DNA from: Carcharhinus amblyrhynchos
Lineage: Eukaryota
Direction: 5' to 3'
Assembly (NCBI GenBank): GCA_965287045.1
Contig: OZ336870.1
Location: forward strand, 71,858,001-71,922,000
DNA length: 64,000 nt
Shown piece after piece: positions 1 to 10,734 of this stretch. Numbering within the stretch: position 1 is the stretch's first letter; every line of letters begins with the position of its first letter. Below the pieces are notes generated by a model. That model was given only the letters and a program-made list of their open reading frames with translations, was not told where the DNA came from and did no database searches. Both the position numbers and the translations under genes were made by a program.

Positions 1-1899
1 TTGTCCAAACCAGTTCTGTATCCACCTTGCCAGCTCACCTTTGATCCCACGCAACTTCACCTTCTGCACCAGTCTGCCATGAGGGACCTTGTCAAAGGCC
101 TTACTGAAATCCATGTAGACAGCATCCACTGCCCTATCCTCATCAATCATCTTCATCATTTCCTCGAAAAACTCCATCAAGTTAGTGAGACACGACCTCC
201 CCTTCACGGAACCATGTTGCCTCTCACTAATACGTCCACTTATTCCCAAGTGGGAGTAAATCCTATCTCAAAGAATCTTCTTCAAAAATTTCCCTGCCAC
301 TGATGTAAGGCTCACCAGCCTGTAATTATCTGGATTATTTTTGCTACCTTTCTTAAACAAAGGAACAACATTGGCTATTCTCCAATCCTCTGGGACCTCC
401 CCTGTAGCCAGTGAGAATACAAAGATTTCTCTCAAGGCCCCAGCAATTTCCTCCCTTCCCTCTCTCAGTATTCTGGGGTATATCCCATCAGGCCCTGGGG
501 ACTTGTCTACTTAATATTTCTCAAGAACCCCAATACCTTCTCCTTTTTGATCTCAGCATGACTCAAACTATCTACACATCCTTTCCCAGAGTCAGCATCC
601 ACTAGTCCTTCTCTTTGGTGAATACTGATGCAAAGTACTCATTTAATACCTAGCCCATTTCATCTGTCTCCACAAATAGATTCCCTTCCTTGTCCTTGAA
701 TGGGCTAATCCTCTCCCTGGCTATCCTCTTGCTCTTTATATATGCATAAAAAACCTTGGGGTTTTCCTTAATCCTGCTAGTCAATCCTTTTCCATAACCC
801 CTTCTAGCCCTTCTTACACCTTGCTTAAGCTTCTTTCTTGTTTCCTTGTATTCCACACTTGCTTGGTGTGTTTCCAGCCTCCCAGCTTTGACAAATGCTT
901 CCTTTTCCTCTTTGACTAGGCTCATAATATTGTTCTCTTATTATTCAAGGTTCCCAAAATTTGCCATACTTATCCTTCATCCTTACAGGAATGTGCCAGT
1001 CCTGAATCCCTCTACTTATACTTGAAAGCCTCCCACATGCAGATGTTGACTTGCCCTCAAATATCTGCCCCCAATCTACATTCTTCAGTTCCTGCTGAAT
1101 ATTATTGTAATTAGCTTTCTCCCAAGTTTGCACCTTAACTTGTAGACAACACTTACCTTTATCCATCGGTACCTTAAGGCTTACTGAATTGTGGTCACTG
1201 TTCCCGAACTGCTCCCCTACTGAAACATCGACCACCTGGCCGGGCTCATTCCCCAATACCAGGTCCAGTATGGCCCCTTCCCTAGTTGGATTATTTACAT
1301 ACTGTTTCAGGAAGCCCTCCTGGATTCTCCTTACAAACTGTGCCCTATCCATGCCCCTAGCACTAAGTGAGTTCCAGTCAATGTAGGGAAAATTAAAATC
1401 TCTCACTGCAACAACCCTGTTATTTTTACACCTTGCCAAAATCTGCCTACATATCTGTTCCTCAATCTCCCCCTGGCTGTTGGGTGGCCTTTAGTAAACC
1501 CCCAAACATTATGACTGCTCCTGTCCTATTCCTGAGATCTACCTACATTGCCTCGTTGTATGAGCCCTCTGAGGTGTCCTCCCGGACTACAGCTGTGATA
1601 TTCTTTTTAATCAGTTGTGCAACTCCCCGTTTTACATTCCCCTCTATCCCACCTGAAACGTCTGTATCCTGGAATGTTAAGCTGTCAATCCTGTTCTTCT
1701 CTTAACCAAGTCTCTATAATGGCAACAACGTCGTAGTTCCTAGTACTGATCCATCTAAGTTCATCTGCCTTACCTGTTACATTTTTTGCATTGAAACAAG
1801 TGCACCTCAGTCCACCAGACCCTCTCTGATTAGCAATCCCACCCTGCCTGCTGTTTTTCTGAGTCTTACTGGCCCTATTCTCTGGTTCCCCTTCAGCTA

Positions 1900-2880
1900 A
1901 GTCATCTTTGCTTTGGTTCCTACCCCCCTGCCAAACTAGTTTAAATTCTCCCATGTGACACTAGCAACCCTCCCGGCCAGAATAATTGTGCCCTTCCAGT
2001 TTAGATGCAACCCGTCCTTCTTGTATAGATGCCATCTGCCCCTGAAGAGACCCCAATGGTCCAGATATCTGAAACCCTCCCTCCTGCACCAGTTGTTTAG
2101 CCACATGTTGAGCTGCACTATCTTCCTATTCCTAGCCTCACCAGTACGTGGCACAGGGAGTAATCCTGAGATTACAATCCTGGAAGTCCTGCTTTTTAAC
2201 TTTCTATCTAACTCCCTAAAGTGCTACTGCAAGACCTCATCGCTCTTCCTGCCTATGTCATTAGTACCAATATGTACCATGATCTCTGGCTGTTCACCCT
2301 CTCCCTTCAGAATGCTCTCTGTCCGTTCAGAGACATCCTGGACCCTGGCACCAGGAAGACAACATACCAGCCTGGAGTCTCTTTCACCTCCACAGAAAGG
2401 CCTATCTGCAGCCCTAACTGTAGAGTCCCCTATAACTATTGCTCTAGTCCTCTTTTCCCTCCCTGCTTAACAACAGAGCCAGCCATAGTACCACTGCTTT
2501 CGCTGCTGCTGCTGTTGCTGGTATTCCCTAATAGCCCCATCTCCCCCAACAGTATCCAAAATGGTATTCTTGTTAGAGAGGGGAATGACCACAGGAGATG
2601 CCTGCACTGACTGCCTGCCACTTCTGGCAGTCACCCATCTATCTGCCTGCACCTTCAGTGTGACCACATCTCTAAAGCTCATATCTATGATACTTTCCGC
2701 CTCCTTCAAACTCCTAAGTGCATCCGACTGCTGCTCCAACCTATCCATGAATTCTGTAAGGAGCTGCAATTGGCTGCATTTCCTGTAGACATCGCTACCG
2801 GAGATGCTGAGTGTGTCACGGATCTCCCACATCTCAGAAGTGCAACACTTAACCCCATTGACCAACATTTCAAGTACCAA
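1900..2880 (-). pseudogene. CR1 ORF1 remnant: N-terminal Cys motif plus SGNH/GDSL-type esterase domain
   Basis: ORF 2467..2880 (KCCTSEMWE..RKCSQLQLL) and ORF 1936..2154 (RNRKIVQLNMWLNNWCRREGFRYLDHW..YKKDGLHLN), ending in the esterase DGLH motif typical of CR1 ORF1. Confidence 0.85.
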
Positions 2881-3136
2881 TTAAATCATTTGAAAAAATT
2901 TATAAAACTCTTACCTTCACTTTTACCTTCTCACAGTGGCCTTTTTTATTTTTTTTTAAACTTTATTCCAATCCAATCAAGTCAAATTAAACCCAATTCA
3001 GAGTCCCAACAAGTTGGGACATTCCCGATCCAAGCTGACAAGACAGGGCTCTCACCTCCTGTCTTGGGCTTGATCTACATGATCCAAGCTGACTGGAGTA
3101 GGTGTAGCTCCTCCTCCAGGGCTTGATCTTATTTGC

Positions 3137-3160
3137 ATCTTAGCCAAATGGCCGAGATGC
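3137..3160 (-). pseudogene. Second U2-like fragment (nt ~4-27, stem-loop I)
   Basis: Minus GCATCTCGGCCATTTGGCTAAGAT vs U2 GCTTCTCGGCCTTTTGGCTAAGAT, 22/24. Confidence 0.8.
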
Positions 3161-3228
3161 CGCTTTAAAAAATTGCTTCAAATGAAGCTGAAATGTAACC
3201 TAATGACTTCAACCAAGTGCAGCATGTC

Positions 3229-3250
3229 GATACTACACTTGATCTTAGCC
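3229..3250 (-). pseudogene. U2 snRNA 5' fragment (nt 19-40, includes GUAGUA branch-point recognition sequence)
   Basis: Reverse complement of gatactacacttgatcttagcc is a 22/22 match to vertebrate U2 as I recall it. Confidence 0.9.
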
Positions 3251-3268
3251 ACAGTGGCCTTTTTTATT

Positions 3269-3441
3269 TTTTATTTTTTTTTCAAAAATATACTTTATTC
3301 ATAAAAATCTCAAGTAATCTATTACAATGTACAGGGCTTCGAGTAGCAAAACAATGCGGAATCAAAACATTTTTGCAGATCTGTCCAAACTACAGTGACT
3401 ACATTTCAGTACTTAAAAAACTATGTCCATGTCTCAATATT
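3269..3441 (-). mobile_element. 5'-truncated poly(A) retroelement 3' end (L1/Tx1-like)
   Basis: Minus strand ends TTTTTATGAATAAAGTATATTTTTG(A)n; bounded by ACAGTGGCCTTTTTTATT at 3251-3268 and 3442-3459. Confidence 0.65.
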
Positions 3442-3525
3442 ACAGTGGCCTTTTTTATTGTTTGAGGAGAAGGGAGGCAGGGAAACATTAATGTAGTGTT
3501 TCGGGCTTACCACTCCTTGGCACAG

Positions 3526-3734
3526 GATCTTCTGTTTCCCACTTCTTGGTGGATGTTGCTGGTGCAACTTCTCCCAGAATGCACCAGTGAAGTCCCTCTA
3601 CCGCCTCTATTGGATGCTCTAGCTCCTGTTTATCTCTGCAGGTGATCTTTTGCTTCCCACTTCTTGATAGATCTTGCTGGTCTGACTTCTCCCAGAATGC
3701 ATCAGTGAAGTCCCTCAACTGCCTCTATCGGATG
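3526..3734. repeat. Two diverged ~90 bp copies, 118 bp period, in the CR1 5'UTR
   Basis: gatct..cccacttcttg..acttctcccagaatgca..cagtgaagtccctc..gcctctat.ggatg starting at 3526 and 3644. Confidence 0.8.
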
Positions 3735-4331
3735 GTTAGAAGGTCTGCCTCTATTTACATTGACTCAGTTTTACACATGCATATTAACCTCCCAAACTAT
3801 CATCCCTACCCACACTGCTACTCCTGTACATATTCCCATGCACCTTCCATACACCCATGGCCCTTCCATGTCCCATGTTTCTTTCATGCCCATTTAGCCA
3901 GTATCCACAAAACATGTGAGCCTATTAACATTGGGAAGTGGTCAAGTTCTTCATGAATCTGTCAAATTAAATAAAAAAACATTCAAAAACCTCCTCAAAA
4001 TTATTTAGTCCTTTTAATTGCTCATAAAACTGTCAAATCTAAACAAACTCACTGTCCCTTTAGCAGACATGTTAACAGCCACTGCTGAGATACATTCATT
4101 TGCATATTGGAACTCAGCCAATAATTCATGATGGGATTTCATTACATAACTGTATAAAGAGTTCCTGCTGAGCTGAGTTCATTAATAGGGCTTTAAGCTG
4201 AGTCAAAAAAAATGAAGGGGTTCCAAATTACAGTAGAGTCAACAAACCAAAAGCTGGACAAATGGATGACATGTGAATCAATGCAAAAATTCAACCACAA
4301 GGTCAAAATGATACTTTTCAATATCGTTGAA

Positions 4332-5680
4332 TGGCATCTTGAAGGGAATTGCTGGCATCTTGAAGGGAATTGCTTGATAGAGCAGACGCAGCACGGTTTC
4401 ATTAAAGGGAAGTCGTGTCTGACAAATTTACTGGAGTTCTATGAGGATGTGTCTAGGGCGGTGGATAGAGAAGAGCCGGTGGATGTGGTCTTTCTAGATT
4501 TTCAGAAGGCGTTTGACAAAGTACCTCACAAGAGGTTATTGCAGAAGGTCGAGGGACATGGAGTTGGGGGTAGGGTGTTAGCGTGGATAGAGGATTGGTT
4601 GTCAAATAGGAGGCAGAGAGTGGGGGTCAACGGGTGCTATTCGGATTGGCGGATGCTGACTAGTGGAGTGCCCCAGGGGTCGGTGCTGTGGCCTCAGCTT
4701 TTTACCATTTATATAGATGATCTGGAGGAGGGAACCGAGTGTAGGGTGTTGAAATTTGCTGATGACACCAAGATTGGGGGAACGGCAAATTGTGCGGAGG
4801 GTGTGGAGAGTCTGCAGAAGGATCTAGATAGGCTGGGCGAATGGGCCAGGAAATGGCAAATGGAATTTAATGTTGGCAAGTGTGAGGTGGTCCACTTTGG
4901 TAGGAATAATGGTAGGAAGGACTATTACTTACGTGGCGAAAAACTGCAGCAGGCGACGGTGCAGAGGGACCTCGGGGTCCTTATGCATGAGTCGCAAAAA
5001 CCCAGCTTGCAGGTGCAGCAGGTGGTCAGGAAGGCGAATGGGATGCTGGCCTTCATAGCGAGGGGGATTGAATATAAAAGTAGGGAGGTCTTGCTGCAGC
5101 TGTATAGGGCATTGGTGAGGCCGCAGCTGGAGTACTGTGTGCAGTTTTGGGCGCCGCACCTGCGCAAAGATATTTTGGCCTTGGAGGGAGTGCAGAGCAG
5201 GTTTACTAGGCTGATTCCGGAGTTGAGGGGGTTGAGCTATGAGGAGAGGTTGAATAAACTAGGCTTGTACTCGTTAGAGTTTAGAAGAATGAGGGGAGAT
5301 CTCATTGAGATGTATAAGATGATGAATGGGATGGATAGGATAGAGGTGGAGAGACTCTTCCCGCTCAAAAAAGACAGTAGGACTAGGGGGCACAGCCTCA
5401 AGATAAAGGGGGGGCGGTTTAGAATGGAGTTGAGGAGGAACTTCTTCACTCAAAGGGTGGTGAATCTCTGGAAATCTCTGCCCGTTGAAGTGGTGGAGGC
5501 TGCCTCGCTAAATATTTTTAAGACGCGGGTTGATGGGTTTTTGATAAGAGTGGGGATTAAGGGTTATGGGGAGAGGGCGGGAAAGTGGAACTGAGCCACG
5601 ACAGATCAGCCATGATCTTATTGAATGGCGGGGCAGGCTCGAAGGGCTAGATGGCCTACTCCTGCTCCTATTTCTTATGT
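4332..5680 (+). mobile_element. Young CR1 LINE, 5'-truncated; uninterrupted RT and C-terminal reading frame
   Basis: ORF 4212..5594 contains QHGFIKGKSCLTNL, DFQKAFDKVPH, GVPQGSVL, FADDTK, LYRALVRPQLEYCVQFW; 3'UTR ends cctatttcttatgt. Confidence 0.97.
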
Positions 5681-6009
5681 TTAGAAGAACACTTTATCCA
5701 CTGGATAACATACTCTAATACATCTGAACGATTTCACAAAGCTGATCAATTTAATAATCACTTTTCAAGAAAAAAGGCTTACCATCAATTACTGCATTAA
5801 AACAAATTTAAATTAGTATACAGTATCTAATTATTACATGTGAAGTTCATTTACCTGTCGAAAGGTTCCTGACTCTGGAACCCTCTGATTCACAAACCCT
5901 TTGATTTGACATGGTTCACCCAGGCTTCAAAAGTCCATCTGCCTTGCTGAAAATTTCAAATTCTAGGAAATACTAAATATAGATAAGAAGTAACATGAAT
6001 GTCCTGATA

Positions 6010-6056
6010 CCTTCTTACTGTGCTTACCCCAGTCCAGCGCCGGCATCTCCACATCA
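6010..6056. mobile_element. Short Penelope-like terminal fragment
   Basis: Reverse complement of the start of the element at 21299 (gatgtggagatgccgg..ctggg.taagcacagt). Confidence 0.5.
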
Positions 6057-6293
6057 TCCATTTTCTTGCACAGTGGGTGGCAACATATCACATGTCTGAA
6101 CTGGTCAAAATGACAGCCTACACGAATCAGGTGGCAATTTTAGAATTCAGGTCTCACTGTCTCTTTCTCAGCCACCCTACGTGAGTTTGCCCTGAGTTGA
6201 GAGAACAAGATTCAGTCTGTACTCTATTAACCTGAGATACTTCCCCTCAGCAACTTATCAGCTTCAGAAACTTCAGCGTAGATACCCTTTGGG

Positions 6294-6605
6294 AGCGGCA
6301 TGATGACATAGTGGTTAGCATTGCTGCTTCACAGCACCAGGGACCTGGGTTTGATTCCCAGCTCGGCTCACTGTCTGTGTGGAGTTTGCAGGTTCTCCCA
6401 GTGTCTGTGTGAGCTTCCTCTAGGTGCTCCGGTTTCCTCCCACAGTCCAAAGATGTGCAGGTCAAGTTGATTGGCCATGCTAATTGCCACTTAGTGTCAG
6501 GGGACTAGAGAGGTAAATACATGGGACTATGGGGATAGCGTTGGGATTGTGGCTGGTACAGGCTTGATGGGCTGAATGGCATCCTTCTGCATTGTGTGAT
6601 TCCAT
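6294..6605 (+). mobile_element. HE1/V-SINE-like tRNA-derived SINE, CR1-type tail
   Basis: Head tagtggttagcattgctgcttcacagcaccagggacctgggtttgattcc; core ctgtgtggagtttgca..ccacagtccaaagatgtgcagg; tail gggctgaatggcatccttctgca. Confidence 0.9.
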
Positions 6606-7591
6606 TTACAAAACCATTTGCTCCATATGTTATTTGTTTCCAGGGCATGCCAGTTCAGCTGGTTTAAAGGTTGGAGTAATTTTGACTTGAATTTGATGCA
6701 AATGAAAATCAGGAGAGATTACAAAGAGCTTGCAGCTCAATATCGCCAGTTTTACACTATCTCACAAAGTCAAATTAAGCACCAATTATTCACTAGCTTT
6801 TCAGCAGGTTTGTTCAAACTGGCCATGTTGTTCAGTGTTGGCACGCACATATTAGACCTTGATTTAAATTAAGCTCTGTGCAAATGAGAAATAAAACATA
6901 AACTAATAAAAGAGGATTTAAAATTAATTAACTCTTATCAAATGCAATCTTAGTATGTTCCAAATTAATGAGATTGCTTTAGCGATTTGGTAACAGGTCA
7001 CTTCCCAAAATGTTTCTGTAATTTTTCTGCAAACATCCACATCCATAAATTTGATGGAAGCATTTTGAAAGCCACTACTTCAAAATCAGTGGAAAAAAAC
7101 TGTGGAAATTGGTCTATTACCTGCATCAAATTTAAGTGCTGATCAGGGCAGTACTTGACAATTTTCTAGATCATTTTTACTTTTCTAGTCTGCCATCTAA
7201 ATATCAAGCCCTTGCCAGGCAAGCTATGAAGGTGTAGGTGTAAACACCAAATAACAGGCGATTGATTTTTCAGACTCAATGTAAATAAAAAGCAGAAGGG
7301 ATTAAACCAGCCACACTTTACTGAGAATGACCCAAGAGACATTGTGACTCACTTCGAACACTCCATTACTTCATCTTCCTCTTACCTGCTTTATTTTGAT
7401 CCAAAGTTGTGAGCAAGATTGCAGGATCAGGAGTTTCTGCTCGTAGCGCCCAGCAGATTTCAATCCCAAGAGTAAATCCACAGGATCAGGTAAGAGTTGA
7501 TGGCAACACTGAATAGCATGCCAGAAAAGAATTGCCAGCATGAACTGAAGGAGAAGAATTGTCAACATGAGTTAGAAAGGGATGGGAGGAT

Positions 7592-7938
7592 GGGCAACAC
7601 AGTGGCACAGTGGTTAGCACTGATGCCTCATAGCACCTGGGACCAGGGTTCAATTCCCAGCTTGGATCACTGTCTATGTGGAGTTTGCACATTCTCCCCG
7701 TGCCTTTCCTCCAGGTGGGTTTCCTCCAGGTTCTCCGGTTTCCTCCCATATAAAAAGATGTGTGGGCTAGGTACTTTGGCCTCCTAAATTGCCACTTAGT
7801 CTCCCGGGATATATACTTTAAAGGGATTAGCAGGGTAAGTACATGGAATGATAGGGATAGGGCCTAGGTGGGATTGTTGTCAGTGCAGATGCAATGGGCT
7901 GAATGGCCTCCTTCTGCACTGTATGGATTCTATACTAT
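7592..7938 (+). mobile_element. HE1/V-SINE-like SINE, CR1-type tail
   Basis: gtggcacagtggttagcactg head with B box ggttcaattcc; tail gggctgaatggcctccttctgcactgtatggattctat. Confidence 0.9.
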
Positions 7939-8239
7939 CAGCTTGATATTAGATTGGAAGAGAGGTTTGAGTAGAATGCCTATTTTCATTGTGTGACTTG
8001 AAAAGTTTGTTCATAAATGTTTGGCCAGAAGACATTTTCTTTGACTTACGCAGTATTTTAAGAGAGACACAGAATTATCGGAGAGGATATACAAAGCTGA
8101 TTCTAAACAGAGCTATGAGGAAATATTGTGAGCGGTGATTTGAAGCTTTTTGGGTTTCAGGATTCTGAAGAATACTATATTAGTAATTATAAGGGACAAG
8201 ACTTCAGCTGATGTTAGTAAAGTTGGTGTCAGGTGGATG

Positions 8240-8700
8240 CTACAAGATCAGGAGAAATAAAACTTTCTCTGCTGCATTGTTCAAAGGTGATTATTGAAGC
8301 TGCCTTCACCATCTTGTCAAGCAATACATTCAGATCATAATAACTCACTGTGTAAACATTTTCCTTATGTCGCCTCTGGTTCTTTCTCCAGTTACCTAAA
8401 CCTGTATTTCTGGATATCAAATCTCTATCACTGAAAATAGTTTCTTCTTCTGATTTACTCTGATCAAAACTGTTTTATCATTTTGAACGTTGGTTTCAAA
8501 TTTGCCCGTAACCTACATTGTGGAGAACAACACCAACTTCTCCCATTATTCTACATGACTGGAGTCCCTCACCCCCTGCTATCATTCCAATCAATTTTTT
8601 CTGTATCCTCTCTAAGGTTTTCATATCCTTGCTGCCAGAATGAACACAATACGCCAGCTGAGGCCTAACCAATATTTTATAAAATATCCAACATAACAGG
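8240..8700 (-). mobile_element. Old CR1 3' fragment
   Basis: ORF 8496..8744: YKILVRPQLAYCV..KDMKTLERIQKK. Confidence 0.7.
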
Positions 8701-8782
8701 AATAAGGAATTCTCCAAACTGTGGGCAGGTATGAAGGAAAGCAAAGTGGAAGTAGTTGGTTGAAGGTGAGCTTAGTTTTTTT

Positions 8783-9072
8783 TAAGTTTATTTATTATTG
8801 GCACAAGTAGGCTTACATTTATATTGCAATGACATTACCATGAAAATCCCCTAGTCGCCACACTCCAGCAGCTGTTCAGCTATACTGACAGAAAATTTAG
8901 CATAGCAAATGCACCTAACCAGCACGTCTTTCAGAATGTGGGAGGAAACAGGAACAACCAAAGGAAACCCACACAAGTACAGGGAGAATATGTAGATTCA
9001 GTCACCCAAGCCGGGAATTGAACCTAGGTCCGTGGCACTGTGAGGCAGCAGTGCTAATTACTGTGCCACCCA
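8783..9072 (-). mobile_element. V-SINE-like SINE with alternative (type B) tail
   Basis: Same head and core on minus strand; tail gtggcgactaggggattttc..gcctacttgtg..aataaataaactt. Confidence 0.85.
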
Positions 9073-10067
9073 CGCAGTTGTCAACAATACTATTGAAGGT
9101 GGGACAAAGTTCATTCAAATTCCTCTCCGACAAAGGTCTGTCGGGAGAGCAAAACAGTGAGATTAGTCTTGGCTTCCTCGAGCAAAGTGCTGGCACAGAT
9201 ATGATGGGCTGAATGGTTTCATTTGCACAGTCAACTTCTATAGTTTGATGGTAGATGAAAAGAAAACCAGAAACAGGATGTGGAAATTAAAGAAATCTAG
9301 AATGAGAGTAAGTAGACATAATTATGGACTGGCTTTAATCCAACTAGTTTTTAATTAAGAATAAGCAAGTAACCAGAAATTAAATTACTCTGACCACATC
9401 AGTTAACAGGCAGTAATTGTATAGTATCTTGAGGGATTCCTTCTCAGCAGTGAACCACAAATTTCCTGCAGTCCATTAAAGAGATTCTGCTCCAATTAAT
9501 TCCCAGCATCTGCCACAAGTGAAAGGACATGAAGAGTTAACAAGACAAGCTATAGGGCCACCTTTAACTTTACATAGAAAATAATTAACATCGGGATGAT
9601 TTCACATTAACTAAATTTTGTCTTGGTCAAACCCTGTAACTCCTGTGATATAAAAGAACATGTAATAGAGATGCATAAAGCAATTCTTTCAGTTTACTGT
9701 GCAGAGTAACGCGATATTGCATAACTGATAAAGTTACTAATGGGTTATATGCATTTCCTTGACAGTGAAATGTGAATATTTATTTCACATTTAGTCATTA
9801 GCTGAATTATTCATCTCAAGGGCATGCAAAAATATTCACATGTATTTTTACTGAACTTTATTTTACACCATGTGAATTTTTACTGATGAAATGGTTTTGT
9901 GCAACTATTTCTAATGTTTTAATTCAGTGGATAAACTAGCGTTTGTTATTGAATACAATCACTATCCCTGTCCTTCACAATCTGTAAATAATATAGTTGA
10001 AATTTATTCACATGCTTTCAATGCATATTTTACACTGCAAGTACTATGAACTTCTCAGAAAGACTTT

Positions 10068-10555
10068 CGTTTTTACTATGATTTTCATGACCACCGGATG
10101 CTTCAAAATGTTTTACTGCCATTGAAGTGCTTTTTAAAGTGCAGTCATTGTTGCAATGTAAGAAATGCATTACGGGGGGCAGGGTGGCATAGAAGTTAGT
10201 ACTAATGCCTCACAGCGTCAGGGAACTGGGTTCAATTCCCAGCTTGGGTTACTGTCTGTGTGGAGTCTGCATGTGTTCCCCTGTCTGCGTGGGTTTCCTC
10301 CAGGCGCTCTGGTTTCCTCCCACAGTCCGAAAGATATGCTGATTAGGTGCACTGACCATGCAAAATCCTCTCTCAGTGTACCTGAACAGGCACTGGAATG
10401 TGGCAACTAGGAGATTTTCAGAGTAGCTTCATTGCAGTGTTAATGTAAGCCTACTTGTGATTAATAAATAAACTTAAATTTGCATTTAACCAACTCCCAC
10501 AAACAGTCACGTGATCATGTGAAGAGAATCTGCTTTTGTAATGTTGATCTGTTGC
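10068..10555. mobile_element. Deu-domain SINE (SacSINE1/AmnSINE-like) fragment split by a younger SINE
   Basis: ttttactgccattgaagtgcttttt..gtcattgttgcaatgtaagaaa resumes after 10477 as aatttgc..ctcccacaaacag..aatctgctttt; resembles the Deu-SINE consensus from memory. Confidence 0.6.
10177..10477 (+). mobile_element. V-SINE-like SINE, type B tail
   Basis: tRNA head, core, tail ..gtgttaatgtaagcctacttgtgattaataaataaactt. Confidence 0.88.
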
Positions 10556-10734
10556 CTAGATGGCTAGAGTGTGATGCACAATGATACCAATGGCGTGGGT
10601 TCAGTTCCTTCACCCATTGTAATAGTTCATGAAGGGCCTTGCCCCATGCTTGCCCTTGTAGATATGCCATAGAGTCTTACTTTCAATGCGTGGAATATTT
10701 GTCTCATCAGGTTTAGGTTGATATTTGCGTTTTG

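Larger units (their letters stand above)
2951..3250 (-). mobile_element. U2 snRNA-headed short non-coding retroposon (SINEU-like or non-autonomous U2-associated LINE derivative)
   Basis: Minus strand starts GGCTAAGATCAAGTGTAGTATC (U2 nt 19-40), has AATAAA (2962-2967) and an A tail; flanked by identical 19 bp repeats at 2932-2950 and 3250-3268. Confidence 0.75.
1..3740 (-). mobile_element. CR1-clade LINE, 5' half (5'UTR, ORF1, ORF2 endonuclease and start of RT), decayed; runs off window start
   Basis: Minus-strand ORF pieces: APE endonuclease (CFNAKNV..YDVVAIIETWL; DFNFPYIDW..LDLVLGN..SDHN), linker IKENPKVFYAYIK, RT region near base 1; many stops and frameshifts. Confidence 0.92.

Noticed and set aside
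3137-3250. Functional U2 snRNA gene
   Set aside because: Only 22-24 nt pieces of the 5' end; no Sm site or 3' stem-loops.
2932-3459. CRISPR-like array (three repeats with unique spacers)
   Set aside because: Spacers are ~170-300 bp poly(A) inserts in vertebrate DNA with no cas genes; TSDs explain the pattern.
4212-5594. 460 aa ORF as a host or domesticated gene
   Set aside because: It is a truncated CR1 ORF2; the first ~40 codons are flanking DNA that happens to be in frame.
6294-6365. tRNA genes at SINE heads (here and at other copies)
   Set aside because: A/B boxes run directly into SINE core and tail; no complete cloverleaf.
7515-7575. Repeated peptide EKNCQHEL
   Set aside because: A local 27 bp duplication; the ORF continues into a SINE.
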